In this document: piece after piece, positions 11,973-20,623 of the stretch
How the letters are laid out: the number at the start of each line of letters is the position of its first letter
Numbering within the stretch: position 1 is the stretch's first letter
Origin: an uncultured Bacilli bacterium
GTDB taxonomy: Bacteria > Bacillota_I > Bacilli_A > RF39 > UBA660
Direction: 5' to 3'
NCBI GenBank assembly: GCA_910584085.1
Contig: CAJTZY010000003.1
Coordinates: 1,701-65,700 of the forward strand
Length of the DNA: 64,000 nucleotides
Made by a program: the position numbers and the translations under genes
Notes under the pieces: generated by a model
The model's database searches: none
What the model was told of the DNA's origin: nothing
What the model saw: only the letters and a program-made list of their open reading frames with translations

Positions 11973-12515
11973 ATGGACTCTTTAGAAGCAATTAAAGTAA
12001 GCTTAAGAAATAATCCTAATTTAAATAATGAAATAAGAAATAAAATATTTGAATTAATTATAATTTTCCATAAAAAATTACCTGAGGTTAGTTTAGTTAG
12101 ATTAAACGAAAGATTAAAAAGAGTAAAAATAGGGAAAATAGGAAAATTTGAAAGAAGAGGCACTTATTTCTATGACATTTTTAAAAACGAAATATTGTTT
12201 TCTGCTAATATAAGTGGTAATTATGATTTAGATAATTTATTTATGAAAGCAATATTGCAAATGGCTACAAGTACAGATACCTTTACTGGGTTTAATTCAG
12301 ATGAAAGGCTTAGAGCGCTTAATTTAGCCTATACAGAAATACTTGCTAATTATTTAGTTGGGAATGAAGGGGATTCTGATTTAGAAGAAGAGATGTTAGT
12401 TACAAATCTTTTAAGTCATATTGTTGGCAAAGATACTATGTTTAATTCATATTTTACAAATAACGGTGAGCCTATAATTAAGGCTATGCAAGATGCGGAG
12501 GTAGGAATGTTATGA
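11973..12515 (+). CDS. hypothetical protein
   Basis: ORF with SD agggtga. Its stop overlaps the next start (ATGA). No family recognised. Confidence 0.5.
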   Translation: MDSLEAIKVSLRNNPNLNNEIRNKIFELIIIFHKKLPEVSLVRLNERLKRVKIGKIGKFERRGTYFYDIFKNEILFSANISGNYDLDNLFMKAILQMATSTDTFTGFNSDERLRALNLAYTEILANYLVGNEGDSDLEEEMLVTNLLSHIVGKDTMFNSYFTNNGEPIIKAMQDAEVGML

Positions 12516-12910
12516 CTAGTATAGTAAATTTTGAAGACAGATTAAATGATAGAGTAAGTAATGTTATCTTGGAGTCATTAAATAGAATGCATGATGCAAA
12601 ACAAAATGGTGTATTAGGACCAGATGAACTTTCTAAAATAATTGTTTTAGAAGGGGATCTATTTGCTAATAAAATTAAACAAGGAAGAGTAACTTTTGAT
12701 GAAATAGAGTCTGCAGAAACATTTGTAACAGGATTTGTGGGACCAAATAAAGATAAATATTTTAGTTATAATCATGCAGATTTAGATAAAGCATCTAAAG
12801 CATTTTTAGAGGGTACTTTCTTTGCAAGAGAAGAACTTGAGAGAAGACAAAGAAGTACAATTCAAAGAGAAGAAGAAATAAATTATAGAGATGGGTTTAA
12901 AAGATTATAG
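12512..12910 (+). CDS. hypothetical protein
   Basis: Translationally coupled to the previous ORF by a 4-nt overlap. No family recognised. Confidence 0.5.
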   Translation: MTSIVNFEDRLNDRVSNVILESLNRMHDAKQNGVLGPDELSKIIVLEGDLFANKIKQGRVTFDEIESAETFVTGFVGPNKDKYFSYNHADLDKASKAFLEGTFFAREELERRQRSTIQREEEINYRDGFKRL

Positions 12911-12940
12911 TTATGAAATTAATAATTCGTAACTTTTTTT
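12910..12940 (+). terminator. Rho-independent terminator
   Basis: An 8-bp stem (one G-U) pairs gttatgaa with ttcgtaac. It is followed by T7. Confidence 0.75.
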
Positions 12941-13012
12941 CTTGACTTAAAATAATATATATAATAAAATTAGTTTGTAGGAAAGAAGATATAAATCGGA
13001 TTGGAGGTTTAT

Positions 13013-13270
13013 ATGCAGGAAAAAGTAGAGTTAGTTAAGTTTACTCTAACACCTAATATGTCTTTAGAACTTATAAAATTTAATAAACTAAAGAAACAAT
13101 TATTTGAAATAAAAAAACTATACAATCTAGATAAAAAAGAAGAACTGCTATTAAAAATAGAACAATTAGAACTTGAATTAGCAAGTTCAAGAGATAAATT
13201 TATTAAAGAATTTAGATTAGTTAATACTAAAGAGATAGAAGAGTATATGAAAATAAAAGATCAACTTTGA
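13013..13270 (+). CDS. hypothetical coiled-coil protein
   Basis: ATG 13013 follows SD ggaggt. The track's TTG at 13001 contains the SD. The sequence is Lys/Glu/Leu-rich. Confidence 0.45.
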   Translation: MQEKVELVKFTLTPNMSLELIKFNKLKKQLFEIKKLYNLDKKEELLLKIEQLELELASSRDKFIKEFRLVNTKEIEEYMKIKDQL

Positions 13271-13280
13271 TCTTTTATTT
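13254..13280 (+). terminator. Rho-independent terminator overlapping the stop codon
   Basis: A 9-bp stem pairs aaaagatca with tgatctttt. A T-rich tail follows. Confidence 0.65.
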
Positions 13281-13294
13281 TATAAAAAAATGAA

Positions 13295-13322
13295 TTTGAC
13301 ATAAACAATATATGTAGTATAA
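13295..13322 (+). promoter_or_regulatory. sigma-A-type promoter (TTGACA-N16-TATAAT)
   Basis: ttgaca at 13295-13300 and tataat at 13317-13322, 28 nt upstream of ATG 13350. Confidence 0.6.
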
Positions 13323-13349
13323 TAATTTTAAAAAAAAAGGAGATTTTGT

Positions 13350-14696
13350 ATGAAAAATAAAAAAGTAATTAAACAAATGTCAAGATTTAAAATAGTAGTA
13401 AAAGAAACCTTATTAAATAATATCCCACCAATAGTTTTATTTGATTTATATGAACTTAATGATGATCAAATAAATTATTTATATCAAAAAGTTAATGGAA
13501 TATATAATACTGACTCAAAGAAAGACGAAGAATTTGATTCATTTCATATTCCAGAAAAAAATAGAAAACTTACAGGCTATAATTTAAATTTTTTATTTCA
13601 GAAGTTAGATAGTTTTAAAAAATCAAATTTTGAACAAGAATATCAAAATGTTAGAGAAGAAATTATCATTCGTAATATTACTTTAGTAAAAGATTGTGTA
13701 AGAAACCTATTTAAAGATATTCCATTTACAGAAGAAGATGCAATAATGTTTGGTGTAGAGGGCTTATTAGATGCAATTGATTCTTATGACATTAAATCGG
13801 AAATTTCATTTTCTGCTCATGCTATAAAACATATAGTATTAAATATACAAAATCATTTTGTCGAGCTTACTGGAATAACCTATAAAGAGTATAAGCAAGG
13901 TATAAATATACCAACTATTCCTATATCCTTAATTAAACTTGAATCACCAGTAATAATTGAAGATGGACAAATGCCAACAACATTTGAAGATTATGATGAA
14001 GTAGATGCTATTGAAGATGAAGAATTGGGCTATTATGGAGTAGAAGTATTCAATTTTGATAATAAAGAGTTAAGAGTAATATTAGACAAAATACTTAAAT
14101 TATTAAAACCAGAACAAAGGACAGTAATAAAACAACATTTTGGTTTTGATAATAGTGAACCTATGACATATACCCAAATAGGTAAAATGGAAAATGTTAG
14201 TATTACAACAATAAGTAATAGGATTAATGATGGACTTAGGCATATGATAAGGCCATGTAGCAAACAATTACCCGAATTTAGTATAAGTTATAATAAAAAG
14301 TTTGAATATTTGAAAAATAATTTAATAAAAAAGCAAGAGGAATATAGTGCCAAATATATAAGAATTTGTGAATTATTGCTTCATGATATAAGCGCTGAAG
14401 CATTTCCTAATTTTATGAAAATGGCTGGATTTGAATTAGAACCATATAATATAGAAGAATTAGTTAATGACATAGAAAAAATTTGCAATATTGCTAAAGA
14501 AGAGAATTTTAATATTTCATACATCTATTATAGAGTAGAAAATCTATCAAAATTTAATAAGATTTCTAGAAATGTATATGAATTTATATGTCAAAATTAT
14601 AATGAATTAAGGATAGGTATAAGAAATTTTAGAAGTGATATAGATGGTAAATCAAAACAAAAGGCAATAGGTTATAGTAAATCATTTGGTAAATAG
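13350..14696 (+). CDS. sigma-70-family-like protein with N- and C-terminal extensions
   Basis: Region-2-like segment EDAIMFGVEGLLDAIDSYD...FSAHAIKHIVLNIQNHF. Region-4-like HTH LKPEQRTVIKQHFGF...MTYTQIGKMENVSITTISNRINDGLRHM. At 448 aa it is much longer than ordinary alternative sigmas. Confidence 0.55.
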   Translation: MKNKKVIKQMSRFKIVVKETLLNNIPPIVLFDLYELNDDQINYLYQKVNGIYNTDSKKDEEFDSFHIPEKNRKLTGYNLNFLFQKLDSFKKSNFEQEYQNVREEIIIRNITLVKDCVRNLFKDIPFTEEDAIMFGVEGLLDAIDSYDIKSEISFSAHAIKHIVLNIQNHFVELTGITYKEYKQGINIPTIPISLIKLESPVIIEDGQMPTTFEDYDEVDAIEDEELGYYGVEVFNFDNKELRVILDKILKLLKPEQRTVIKQHFGFDNSEPMTYTQIGKMENVSITTISNRINDGLRHMIRPCSKQLPEFSISYNKKFEYLKNNLIKKQEEYSAKYIRICELLLHDISAEAFPNFMKMAGFELEPYNIEELVNDIEKICNIAKEENFNISYIYYRVENLSKFNKISRNVYEFICQNYNELRIGIRNFRSDIDGKSKQKAIGYSKSFGK

Positions 14697-14709
14697 CCAA
14701 GGAATAAGT

Positions 14710-14745
14710 AAAAGTATCAAAAAAAAATGATACTTTTTTATTTTG
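14710..14745 (+). terminator. Rho-independent terminator
   Basis: A 10-bp stem pairs aaaagtatca with tgatactttt across an A8 loop. A T-rich tail follows. Confidence 0.8.
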
Positions 14746-14876
14746 ACATATTTTTTAATAATTTCTTATTTTATAATTTCCAAAAGTAGTAAACTTTCTG
14801 AAATTAATTGTATTTTTTTATATTAGATATTTAAAAAAAATACTATGGTATTATATAGTATTAAATATATACATTA

Positions 14877-14942
14877 GCGAGACCAGTGGAGGGTAGCCAC
14901 TAGATTCTTCAGTATTACCCCTACTATGTAGCAAGAAGAATG
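14877..14942. other. isolated GC-rich structured element (candidate small RNA or gene remnant)
   Basis: It starts with a ~27-nt stretch of about 60% G+C inside a long AT-rich spacer. There are two hairpins, 14885-14901 and 14904-14941. The loop sequence gggta (14891-95) is complementary to taccc (14916-20). The element lies between two convergent terminators. Confidence 0.3.
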
Positions 14943-15014
14943 TATTATGTTAATTTCCAAAAATTTAGTAATTATTAAAAGATAGCAATTGCAAAACTAT
15001 AGATTTATAAATTA

Positions 15015-15048
15015 AATTTTTTCAAACAAAAATCGCATTTCTGCGATT
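15015..15048 (-). terminator. Rho-independent terminator for the minus-strand gene
   Basis: A 7-bp stem pairs aatcgca with tgcgatt. On the minus strand it is followed by tttgtttgaaaaaa. Confidence 0.65.
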
Positions 15049-15070
15049 AGTCAATTAAAAGTTAGCTATA

Positions 15071-15775
15071 TTATTTTCTAAAAGAAATTGGCTCATTACT
15101 TGATTCATGCTCTTTAGAAAACTTAGACAATTTTTCTATAATATCATTATAGTTAATTTCCCTTGTCATTTTGTTAATATCATCAATTATTTCCCCATGA
15201 GAACGCTCTTTATCAGAAGATTGTTTTTCTTCCCAAATAGTTATATCAGGAACAAATCCCAAATTGGTAATTTTTTCTGATGTAGTTCCTATCAAATCAA
15301 TTAAATCATTTTTTGATTGATTTAAAAGATATAAATCTTGGATTATCTTTAACGTATTAGCATCATAATATGCATATTGTCCTCTATGCATATACTTACC
15401 ATTTAGGGTAGCAAATACATCTGGATTATAGTAATAAATTCCTGAACAACTATTATTTTCTTTATCAAATAAAATCGAGTAACATACCTTAGGCATAAAA
15501 AGCGAATATTGAATGCTAATAATAATATCTTGAATTGATGCACTAATAAGTATCTGGTATTCTTTAGGGTTAATAATGACTCTATGTATCTTTAAGTCAC
15601 TATTGGGCAAAGACATGCTTAATGTTAGTAAATTACTTTCTTCATCATATTTTATTGAGCCAGGTTCTATAACAAACCCAGCTAAAAATCTAAAACAATT
15701 TTCAATGTAGCTTTCTTCTAATTTTGTTTTTTCTTTTAAATAATACATTAGATACATTGTTGAATCAAATTGCAT
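15071..15775 (-). CDS. hypothetical protein
   Basis: 234-aa ORF with a strong SD (aaaggagggg) and its own consensus promoter. No family recognised. Confidence 0.6.
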   Translation of the reverse strand: MQFDSTMYLMYYLKEKTKLEESYIENCFRFLAGFVIEPGSIKYDEESNLLTLSMSLPNSDLKIHRVIINPKEYQILISASIQDIIISIQYSLFMPKVCYSILFDKENNSCSGIYYYNPDVFATLNGKYMHRGQYAYYDANTLKIIQDLYLLNQSKNDLIDLIGTTSEKITNLGFVPDITIWEEKQSSDKERSHGEIIDDINKMTREINYNDIIEKLSKFSKEHESSNEPISFRK

Positions 15776-15808
15776 CTAAAATTCCCCTCCTTTTTATTAA
15801 TGGCTACT

Positions 15809-15837
15809 ACTATACAATAAAATAATCATTTTGTCAA
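15809..15837 (-). promoter_or_regulatory. sigma-A-type promoter (TTGACA-N17-TATAGT) on the minus strand
   Basis: The reverse complement reads ttgaca aaatgattattttattg tatagt. It lies ~35 nt upstream of the start codon at 15775. Confidence 0.65.
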
Positions 15838-16024
15838 ATTCTCCCAAATTAGACCATAGATATTTTTTAAGTATAAAGATAAAAAGAAAATAAACTTATC
15901 AAATCTAATATTCCTGACACATATTCGTAAAGTAGTAAATTGGTAGTAATTTAAATATAAAATTTTTTATATTTATCTTTAAGTAAAGACATTTTGATAA
16001 TATTTATTTATTTTTTATAAAAAA

Positions 16025-16053
16025 AAAGGAAATACGAATTTTTTGTAGAATAA
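16025..16053 (+). promoter_or_regulatory. sigma-H-type promoter (AAAGGAAAT-N11-GTAGAATAA)
   Basis: Matches RNAGGAWWW-N11-RNNGAATWW, the B. subtilis sigma-H consensus as I recall it. It lies upstream of the STAS/sigma operon. Confidence 0.55.
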
Positions 16054-16083
16054 TATATATATAGGGTAAATAAATTCTAGTTT

Positions 16084-16100
16084 TGTCGAAACTGTATAAT
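16084..16100 (+). promoter_or_regulatory. Spo0A-box-like heptamer TGTCGAA followed by an extended -10 (tgtataat)
   Basis: tgtcgaa at 16084-16090 is an exact 0A-box consensus. tgtataat lies at 16093-16100, 42 nt upstream of ATG 16142. Confidence 0.4.
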
Positions 16101-16141
16101 TAGAAAAAAAATTGTGCTAAATTAAATAGGAAGGTGAATAT

Positions 16142-16489
16142 ATGCTTAATGTAAGTACTGAATTTAGAAAGGGAATATTATTTGTAAGACTTAAAGGACA
16201 TTTAAATAAGAATACAATATCTAAGTTAAATAAAAAAGTAACAAATATAGTAAAAGAAAATGGGATAAGAAATATTGTATTTAATTTTGCTAATTTAAAA
16301 TCAATAGATATAAAGGGAATTAATACTATATTTTATAATTATGAACTATGTAAAAATAACAATGGAAGAAGTTTTATGTGTGGAAATAATGATAACATAA
16401 GAAATAAATTAAAAAGAAGTAGGCTTATTAATTATGTATATGAAACAACAGATGAACTGAATGCAATAAAGCTAATGAATATTGGGTGA
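16142..16489 (+). CDS. STAS-domain protein (SpoIIAA/anti-sigma-factor-antagonist-like)
   Basis: 115 aa. It aligns by eye with SpoIIAA: GILFVRLKGHLNKNT..., IRNIVFNFANLKSIDIKGINTI against [22 protein letters not shown]. The phosphorylatable Ser position is Lys here. Confidence 0.7.
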   Translation: MLNVSTEFRKGILFVRLKGHLNKNTISKLNKKVTNIVKENGIRNIVFNFANLKSIDIKGINTIFYNYELCKNNNGRSFMCGNNDNIRNKLKRSRLINYVYETTDELNAIKLMNIG

Positions 16490-16493
16490 AAAT

Positions 16494-17144
16494 ATGAAAG
16501 AAAAAATTATAATAGAAAATCAAAATCTAATTTATTATATTGCTAATTTTTTTAAGGGATATCCATATAAGGAAGATTTATATCAAGCTGGTAGACTTGG
16601 TATGATTAAAGCCTATGATAAATATAATCCTAATATGGATTGTAAATTTACAACATATGCATTTTCTTATATATTAGGTGAAATGAAAAAACTGGTAAGA
16701 GAGGATAAAGGAATTAAAATATCCCGTGAAATATCAAAATTAAATTTAAGAATAGAGAAGGCTTATGTATTACTATCCCAAAAACTAATGAAAGAGCCAA
16801 CTGAAAAAGAGATTGCCGATTTCCTTGAAATACCGGAATATTATGTATCAGAAGCTATTTTAAGTTTAAACAAGATAAAAAGTATAGATGAACCAGTAAA
16901 TAGTGAAGGCAGAGAGTTAACATTACAAGATGTAATAGGTGAAACTCAAAATATTGATGATTTAATTTTACTTAGAGAAAGTCTAACAACCCTAAATAAT
17001 GAAGAAATGGCAATAATAAATAATAGATATATTAAAGATTATACACAATCAGAGACATCAAAAATAGTAGGTATGAGTCAAGTACAAGTATCAAGAAAAG
17101 AAAAAAAGGTATTAGAAAAATTAAAACAAAAAATGGTCGCATAG
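16494..17144 (+). CDS. RNA polymerase sigma factor, SigB/F/G subgroup
   Basis: Region 2 is DLYQAGRLGMIKAYDKYNPNMDCKFTTYAFSYILGEMKK. Region 4.2 is YTQSETSKIVGMSQVQVSRKEKKVLEKLK. ATG 16494 lies just after the STAS stop codon. The track start TTG 16482 is less likely. Confidence 0.8.
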   Translation: MKEKIIIENQNLIYYIANFFKGYPYKEDLYQAGRLGMIKAYDKYNPNMDCKFTTYAFSYILGEMKKLVREDKGIKISREISKLNLRIEKAYVLLSQKLMKEPTEKEIADFLEIPEYYVSEAILSLNKIKSIDEPVNSEGRELTLQDVIGETQNIDDLILLRESLTTLNNEEMAIINNRYIKDYTQSETSKIVGMSQVQVSRKEKKVLEKLKQKMVA

Positions 17145-17302
17145 ATTTATATAATTATAAGATTAAGCATATGTTTTACCCTCAAATATATAAATTAAGT
17201 AAATTTTTAAATTAACTATAATATATTTTGTAGATATTATAGTTGCTTAATTAATAAAAATGAAAAAAATCAAAGTTTAATATTGAAACGATTAATTATT
17301 TA

Positions 17303-17311
17303 TGCTATAAT
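17303..17311 (+). promoter_or_regulatory. extended -10 element (tgctataat) for tRNA-Ser
   Basis: TGnTATAAT match 15 nt upstream of the tRNA 5' end. Confidence 0.5.
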
Positions 17312-17325
17312 CTATATGTGGCCAT

Positions 17326-17416
17326 GGAGTAGTACTCAAGAGGCTGAAGAGGCGCCCCTGCTAAGGGTGTAGACCGGGCAACTGGTGCGAGGGTTCAAAT
17401 CCCTCCTGCTCCGCCA
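17326..17416 (+). tRNA. tRNA-Ser (anticodon GCU), CCA encoded
   Basis: Folded by hand. The acceptor stem pairs ggagtag with ctgctcc. The anticodon stem-loop is cgccc-CTGCTAA-gggtg. A long variable arm is present. The T arm is gaggg-ttcaaat-ccctc, followed by discriminator G and CCA. Confidence 0.9.
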
Positions 17417-17426
17417 TCTGGAATTT

Positions 17427-17454
17427 AAACCCTTTTAGGGTTTTTCTTTTTTTT
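17427..17454 (+). terminator. Rho-independent terminator
   Basis: A stem pairing aaaccc with gggttt is followed by a long T-run. Confidence 0.75.
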
Positions 17455-17550
17455 GAAATATTGATGTAAAGCAAATATGTTCATAACTAGATTAATACTA
17501 TAATCATGGAAAAACGTATAAATCTATGTTATAATGAGTATGGTGATAAT

Positions 17551-18246
17551 ATGAAAAATAAATTATGGAAATCTTTAGTATTTATTTTTTATTTATTATC
17601 ATTTTTTATTTTATTATTTTGTATAAGGGTTAGATTAACACCTAATATATATATAAAAACAAATATTAGGATTATATTGTTATTACTCAGTTGTTTATTT
17701 ATACATATATCTGGCTACATACTTATAAAAAAATTAAATTATGATAAAAAAATACTTAGAATAAATTTAATAGTATATTTCCTAATATATACAGTAACTA
17801 TTTGTACATTAACATTATTTGATGAAATTTTTGGAAGACAAGGGCTTGTAATCGTGAAATGGAATAAAGAATTACTTGATTTATATATGAAGTATTCATT
17901 TAATATAGTACCATTTAGAACAATAAATTTATTTATATCAGGATATGCTAAGGGAATTGTAAATTTCAGAAGTTTTAATATTAATATCCTTGGTAATCTA
18001 ACCGCATTTATGCCATATGCCATATTTTTACCACTAATATTTAAAAAAATGAATAAATTTAAAAATTTTATTATTACTATAACACTTACAGTAATAGTAA
18101 TAGAAATATTGCAATTCGTAACAATGTCAGGATCATGTGATATAGATGATTTAATATTAAATGTATTTGGCGCTAGTGTAGTTTATTTTGTAGCAAAAAT
18201 AAAGTGTATAAATAAATTTATACATAAAGTATTTTTATATGAATAG
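17551..18246 (+). CDS. VanZ-family membrane protein
   Basis: IVPFRTINLF..., NILGNLTAFMPYAIFLPL and CDIDDLILNVFGASVVYF are typical VanZ-like motifs. SD ggtga precedes ATG 17551. Confidence 0.7.
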   Translation: MKNKLWKSLVFIFYLLSFFILLFCIRVRLTPNIYIKTNIRIILLLLSCLFIHISGYILIKKLNYDKKILRINLIVYFLIYTVTICTLTLFDEIFGRQGLVIVKWNKELLDLYMKYSFNIVPFRTINLFISGYAKGIVNFRSFNINILGNLTAFMPYAIFLPLIFKKMNKFKNFIITITLTVIVIEILQFVTMSGSCDIDDLILNVFGASVVYFVAKIKCINKFIHKVFLYE

Positions 18247-18253
18247 GTGATAT

Positions 18254-18856
18254 ATGAAAAAATATTTAAAATGGATAATATGTGTATTATCTATAATCAT
18301 TTTTATAGTACTATCAGTACTTGTATTAAATGGCAAAGATATTGCTATAGATTCAAACTTTTATAATTTTATATCAAAATATATATCAGATAATTTGACT
18401 AATTATGTTAAATATTTGACCTATATTGGAAGTGGTGCAGTTGTTATAGGAATTACATTATTTGTATTTATATATTTTAAGAATAAAAAGTATGCACTAT
18501 ATATGTCTATAAACCTAATAGCAATAACAATAATTCAGTTAATTTTAAAAAATATATTTTCTAGAACTAGACCAATAGATATAAATTTAATTGAGGAAAC
18601 AGGATACAGCTTTCCATCAGGGCATTCACTCACAGCCATGGCATTTTATGGATTTATAATTTATTTAATCTACAATTCTAATATAAGTAAAATAAGCAAA
18701 GTAATATTTATATTATTATTTTCAGTATTAATACTTGTAACAGGTTTAAGTAGAATTTATTTAGGTGTACATTTCTTTACAGATGTATTAGGTGGATTTA
18801 CATTTTCTGTTTTCTATCTAATAATATATACAAGTATAATAAAAAATAAATTATAG
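18254..18856 (+). CDS. PAP2-family phosphatase (undecaprenyl-diphosphatase/BcrC-like)
   Basis: PAP2 motifs KNIFSRTRP, SFPSGHS and SRIYLGVHFFTD. Confidence 0.8.
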   Translation: MKKYLKWIICVLSIIIFIVLSVLVLNGKDIAIDSNFYNFISKYISDNLTNYVKYLTYIGSGAVVIGITLFVFIYFKNKKYALYMSINLIAITIIQLILKNIFSRTRPIDINLIEETGYSFPSGHSLTAMAFYGFIIYLIYNSNISKISKVIFILLFSVLILVTGLSRIYLGVHFFTDVLGGFTFSVFYLIIYTSIIKNKL

Positions 18857-18903
18857 TTTATATTAATTATGATACATAATAAGTATTATAACATAATGCC
18901 GTT

Positions 18904-18930
18904 AAAAAGTTAGAGATAACTTTTTTTGTT
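18904..18930 (+). terminator. Rho-independent terminator
   Basis: A 9-bp stem pairs aaaaagtta with taacttttt and runs into a T-tract. Confidence 0.7.
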
Positions 18931-19022
18931 TATATATAATTTTCAAAAAAATATATTGTGAGTATAATATATTGAATATAGTTATTAAATAAAAACTATA
19001 TTTGAAAATGGAGGTGAATCAT

Positions 19023-19910
19023 TTGCAAAAGGCAGTACTTATGATGAATTATCTAAATGTAACACAAAAAGGCGGAGGAGAATTTTCACATAGAGGAGAC
19101 AAGGCATTAGATCTCGCCGGAAAAGATGGTGGGATAGACTCCTTAAAAGCACCCTTTACAGGTATAATAAAAAAAATATACCCAAATGGTAATGCAGTGT
19201 GGCTTGAAAGTTTAGAAAAAGTAAAATATGCTGATGGAACAGTAGATTATATGACAGTCTTGACTATGCATGATAATGATATATCAAACCTTAAGGTTGG
19301 AGATATAATAAAACAAGGTGAAGTATATTATAATGAGGGAACTAATGGATATGCTACAGGAAATCATATACATTTAACAGTAGGAAAGGGTAAATTTACT
19401 GGAAGCGGATGGTATCAAAATGAATATGGGTATTGGTGTATAAATAATCAAATAGATGTATATAAATCTTTATTTTTATTGGATACTACAGTTATAATAA
19501 ATAGTGGAGGATATGATTGGATTAAAACTAGTACGTTAAGTGATGACACACAAATTCCAATTCCAGTACCCAACACTTATGTAATAGTAAAGGGAGATAA
19601 CTTAACCAATATTGCAAAAAGATATAATACAACAGTAGAGGAACTAGTAAGATTAAACAATATAAAGAATAAAAACTTAATATATGTAGGTCAGGTATTA
19701 AAATTACCTAATAATTTAGACTACTTTAAAAGATACACTGGTAGTAGTGTATCAATAGTTGATGCATTAAAATCATTAAATGAACAATCATCATATGAAT
19801 ATAGAACTAAAATCGCACTTGCTAATGGAATAAAAAATTATGCTGGAACAACAACTCAAAATAATCATTTATTAAAATTACTTAAAGAGGGAAAACTAGT
19901 AAAACCATAA
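19023..19910 (+). CDS. M23-like peptidase with LysM domain and C-terminal cell-wall-binding-like tail
   Basis: [11 protein letters not shown] and GNHIHLTVG are M23-like metal ligands. The LysM segment is [29 protein letters not shown]...VGQVLKLP. The start is ambiguous. TTG 19023 follows SD ggaggtg, and the ORF is open from 19002. Confidence 0.65.
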   Translation: MQKAVLMMNYLNVTQKGGGEFSHRGDKALDLAGKDGGIDSLKAPFTGIIKKIYPNGNAVWLESLEKVKYADGTVDYMTVLTMHDNDISNLKVGDIIKQGEVYYNEGTNGYATGNHIHLTVGKGKFTGSGWYQNEYGYWCINNQIDVYKSLFLLDTTVIINSGGYDWIKTSTLSDDTQIPIPVPNTYVIVKGDNLTNIAKRYNTTVEELVRLNNIKNKNLIYVGQVLKLPNNLDYFKRYTGSSVSIVDALKSLNEQSSYEYRTKIALANGIKNYAGTTTQNNHLLKLLKEGKLVKP

Positions 19911-20471
19911 TTAATAAATATTATCAGGAAGTAATTGATTTAAATAGTCAATTACTTTTTCTTTTGAAATATTTTTAGGATTTCTTAAATAATCAATTCC
20001 AACATTAATAACCGCACTTACATAAAATCTTGATACAAAATCAATTGGAATATTTCCAGTATTACTTTGCTTTAAGTTAGATTTAATATCATTAAGTAAT
20101 GTATCATAAATCATATCCATAAGAATACTATTTTTATTATTTTTAATAATCGCTGAGTATGTGTCAATATTTTCATCTATATGGTTTAAAAATAGTTCTA
20201 TCATTTTCATATAATACTCTTTTTGATTTTCAGAACATTCATTTTTATTTAAAACATTTGTAAGTCCTTCTTTTAAATCAGATATAAGACAATATAAAAG
20301 TTCATACTTATCATTAAAATGTGCATAAAATGTTGATCTATTTATTAAAGCATTCTCACATATATCAGATACCTTTATTTCTTCAAATGGTTTATCACGC
20401 ATAATATTTAAAATACTATTATATAAATTTTTTTTAGTCTTTATTATTCTTAAATCGATTTTTTCACTCAT
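19911..20471 (-). CDS. TetR/AcrR-family transcriptional regulator
   Basis: N-terminal HTH KVSDICENALINRSTFYAHFNDKYEL. The stop codon abuts the stop of the convergent + gene. Confidence 0.8.
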   Translation of the reverse strand: MSEKIDLRIIKTKKNLYNSILNIMRDKPFEEIKVSDICENALINRSTFYAHFNDKYELLYCLISDLKEGLTNVLNKNECSENQKEYYMKMIELFLNHIDENIDTYSAIIKNNKNSILMDMIYDTLLNDIKSNLKQSNTGNIPIDFVSRFYVSAVINVGIDYLRNPKNISKEKVIDYLNQLLPDNIY

Positions 20472-20570
20472 AATAAATATTCATTCCTTTCTTTTTATTT
20501 AAATATATTTCTAAAAAATTATATCTTAAATAAAAAAATAAATCAAATATTAAATTTTTAGTGTATAAAA

Positions 20571-20599
20571 AAAGGAAATACAAAAGTTTTGCCGAATAA
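20571..20599 (+). promoter_or_regulatory. second sigma-H-type promoter (AAAGGAAAT-N11-GCCGAATAA)
   Basis: Same -35 element, same spacer length and same GAATAATATATATA downstream sequence as the element at 16025-16053. It lies 25 nt upstream of ATG 20624. Confidence 0.5.
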
Positions 20600-20623
20600 T
20601 ATATATAGGAGGTTATTACTAAT

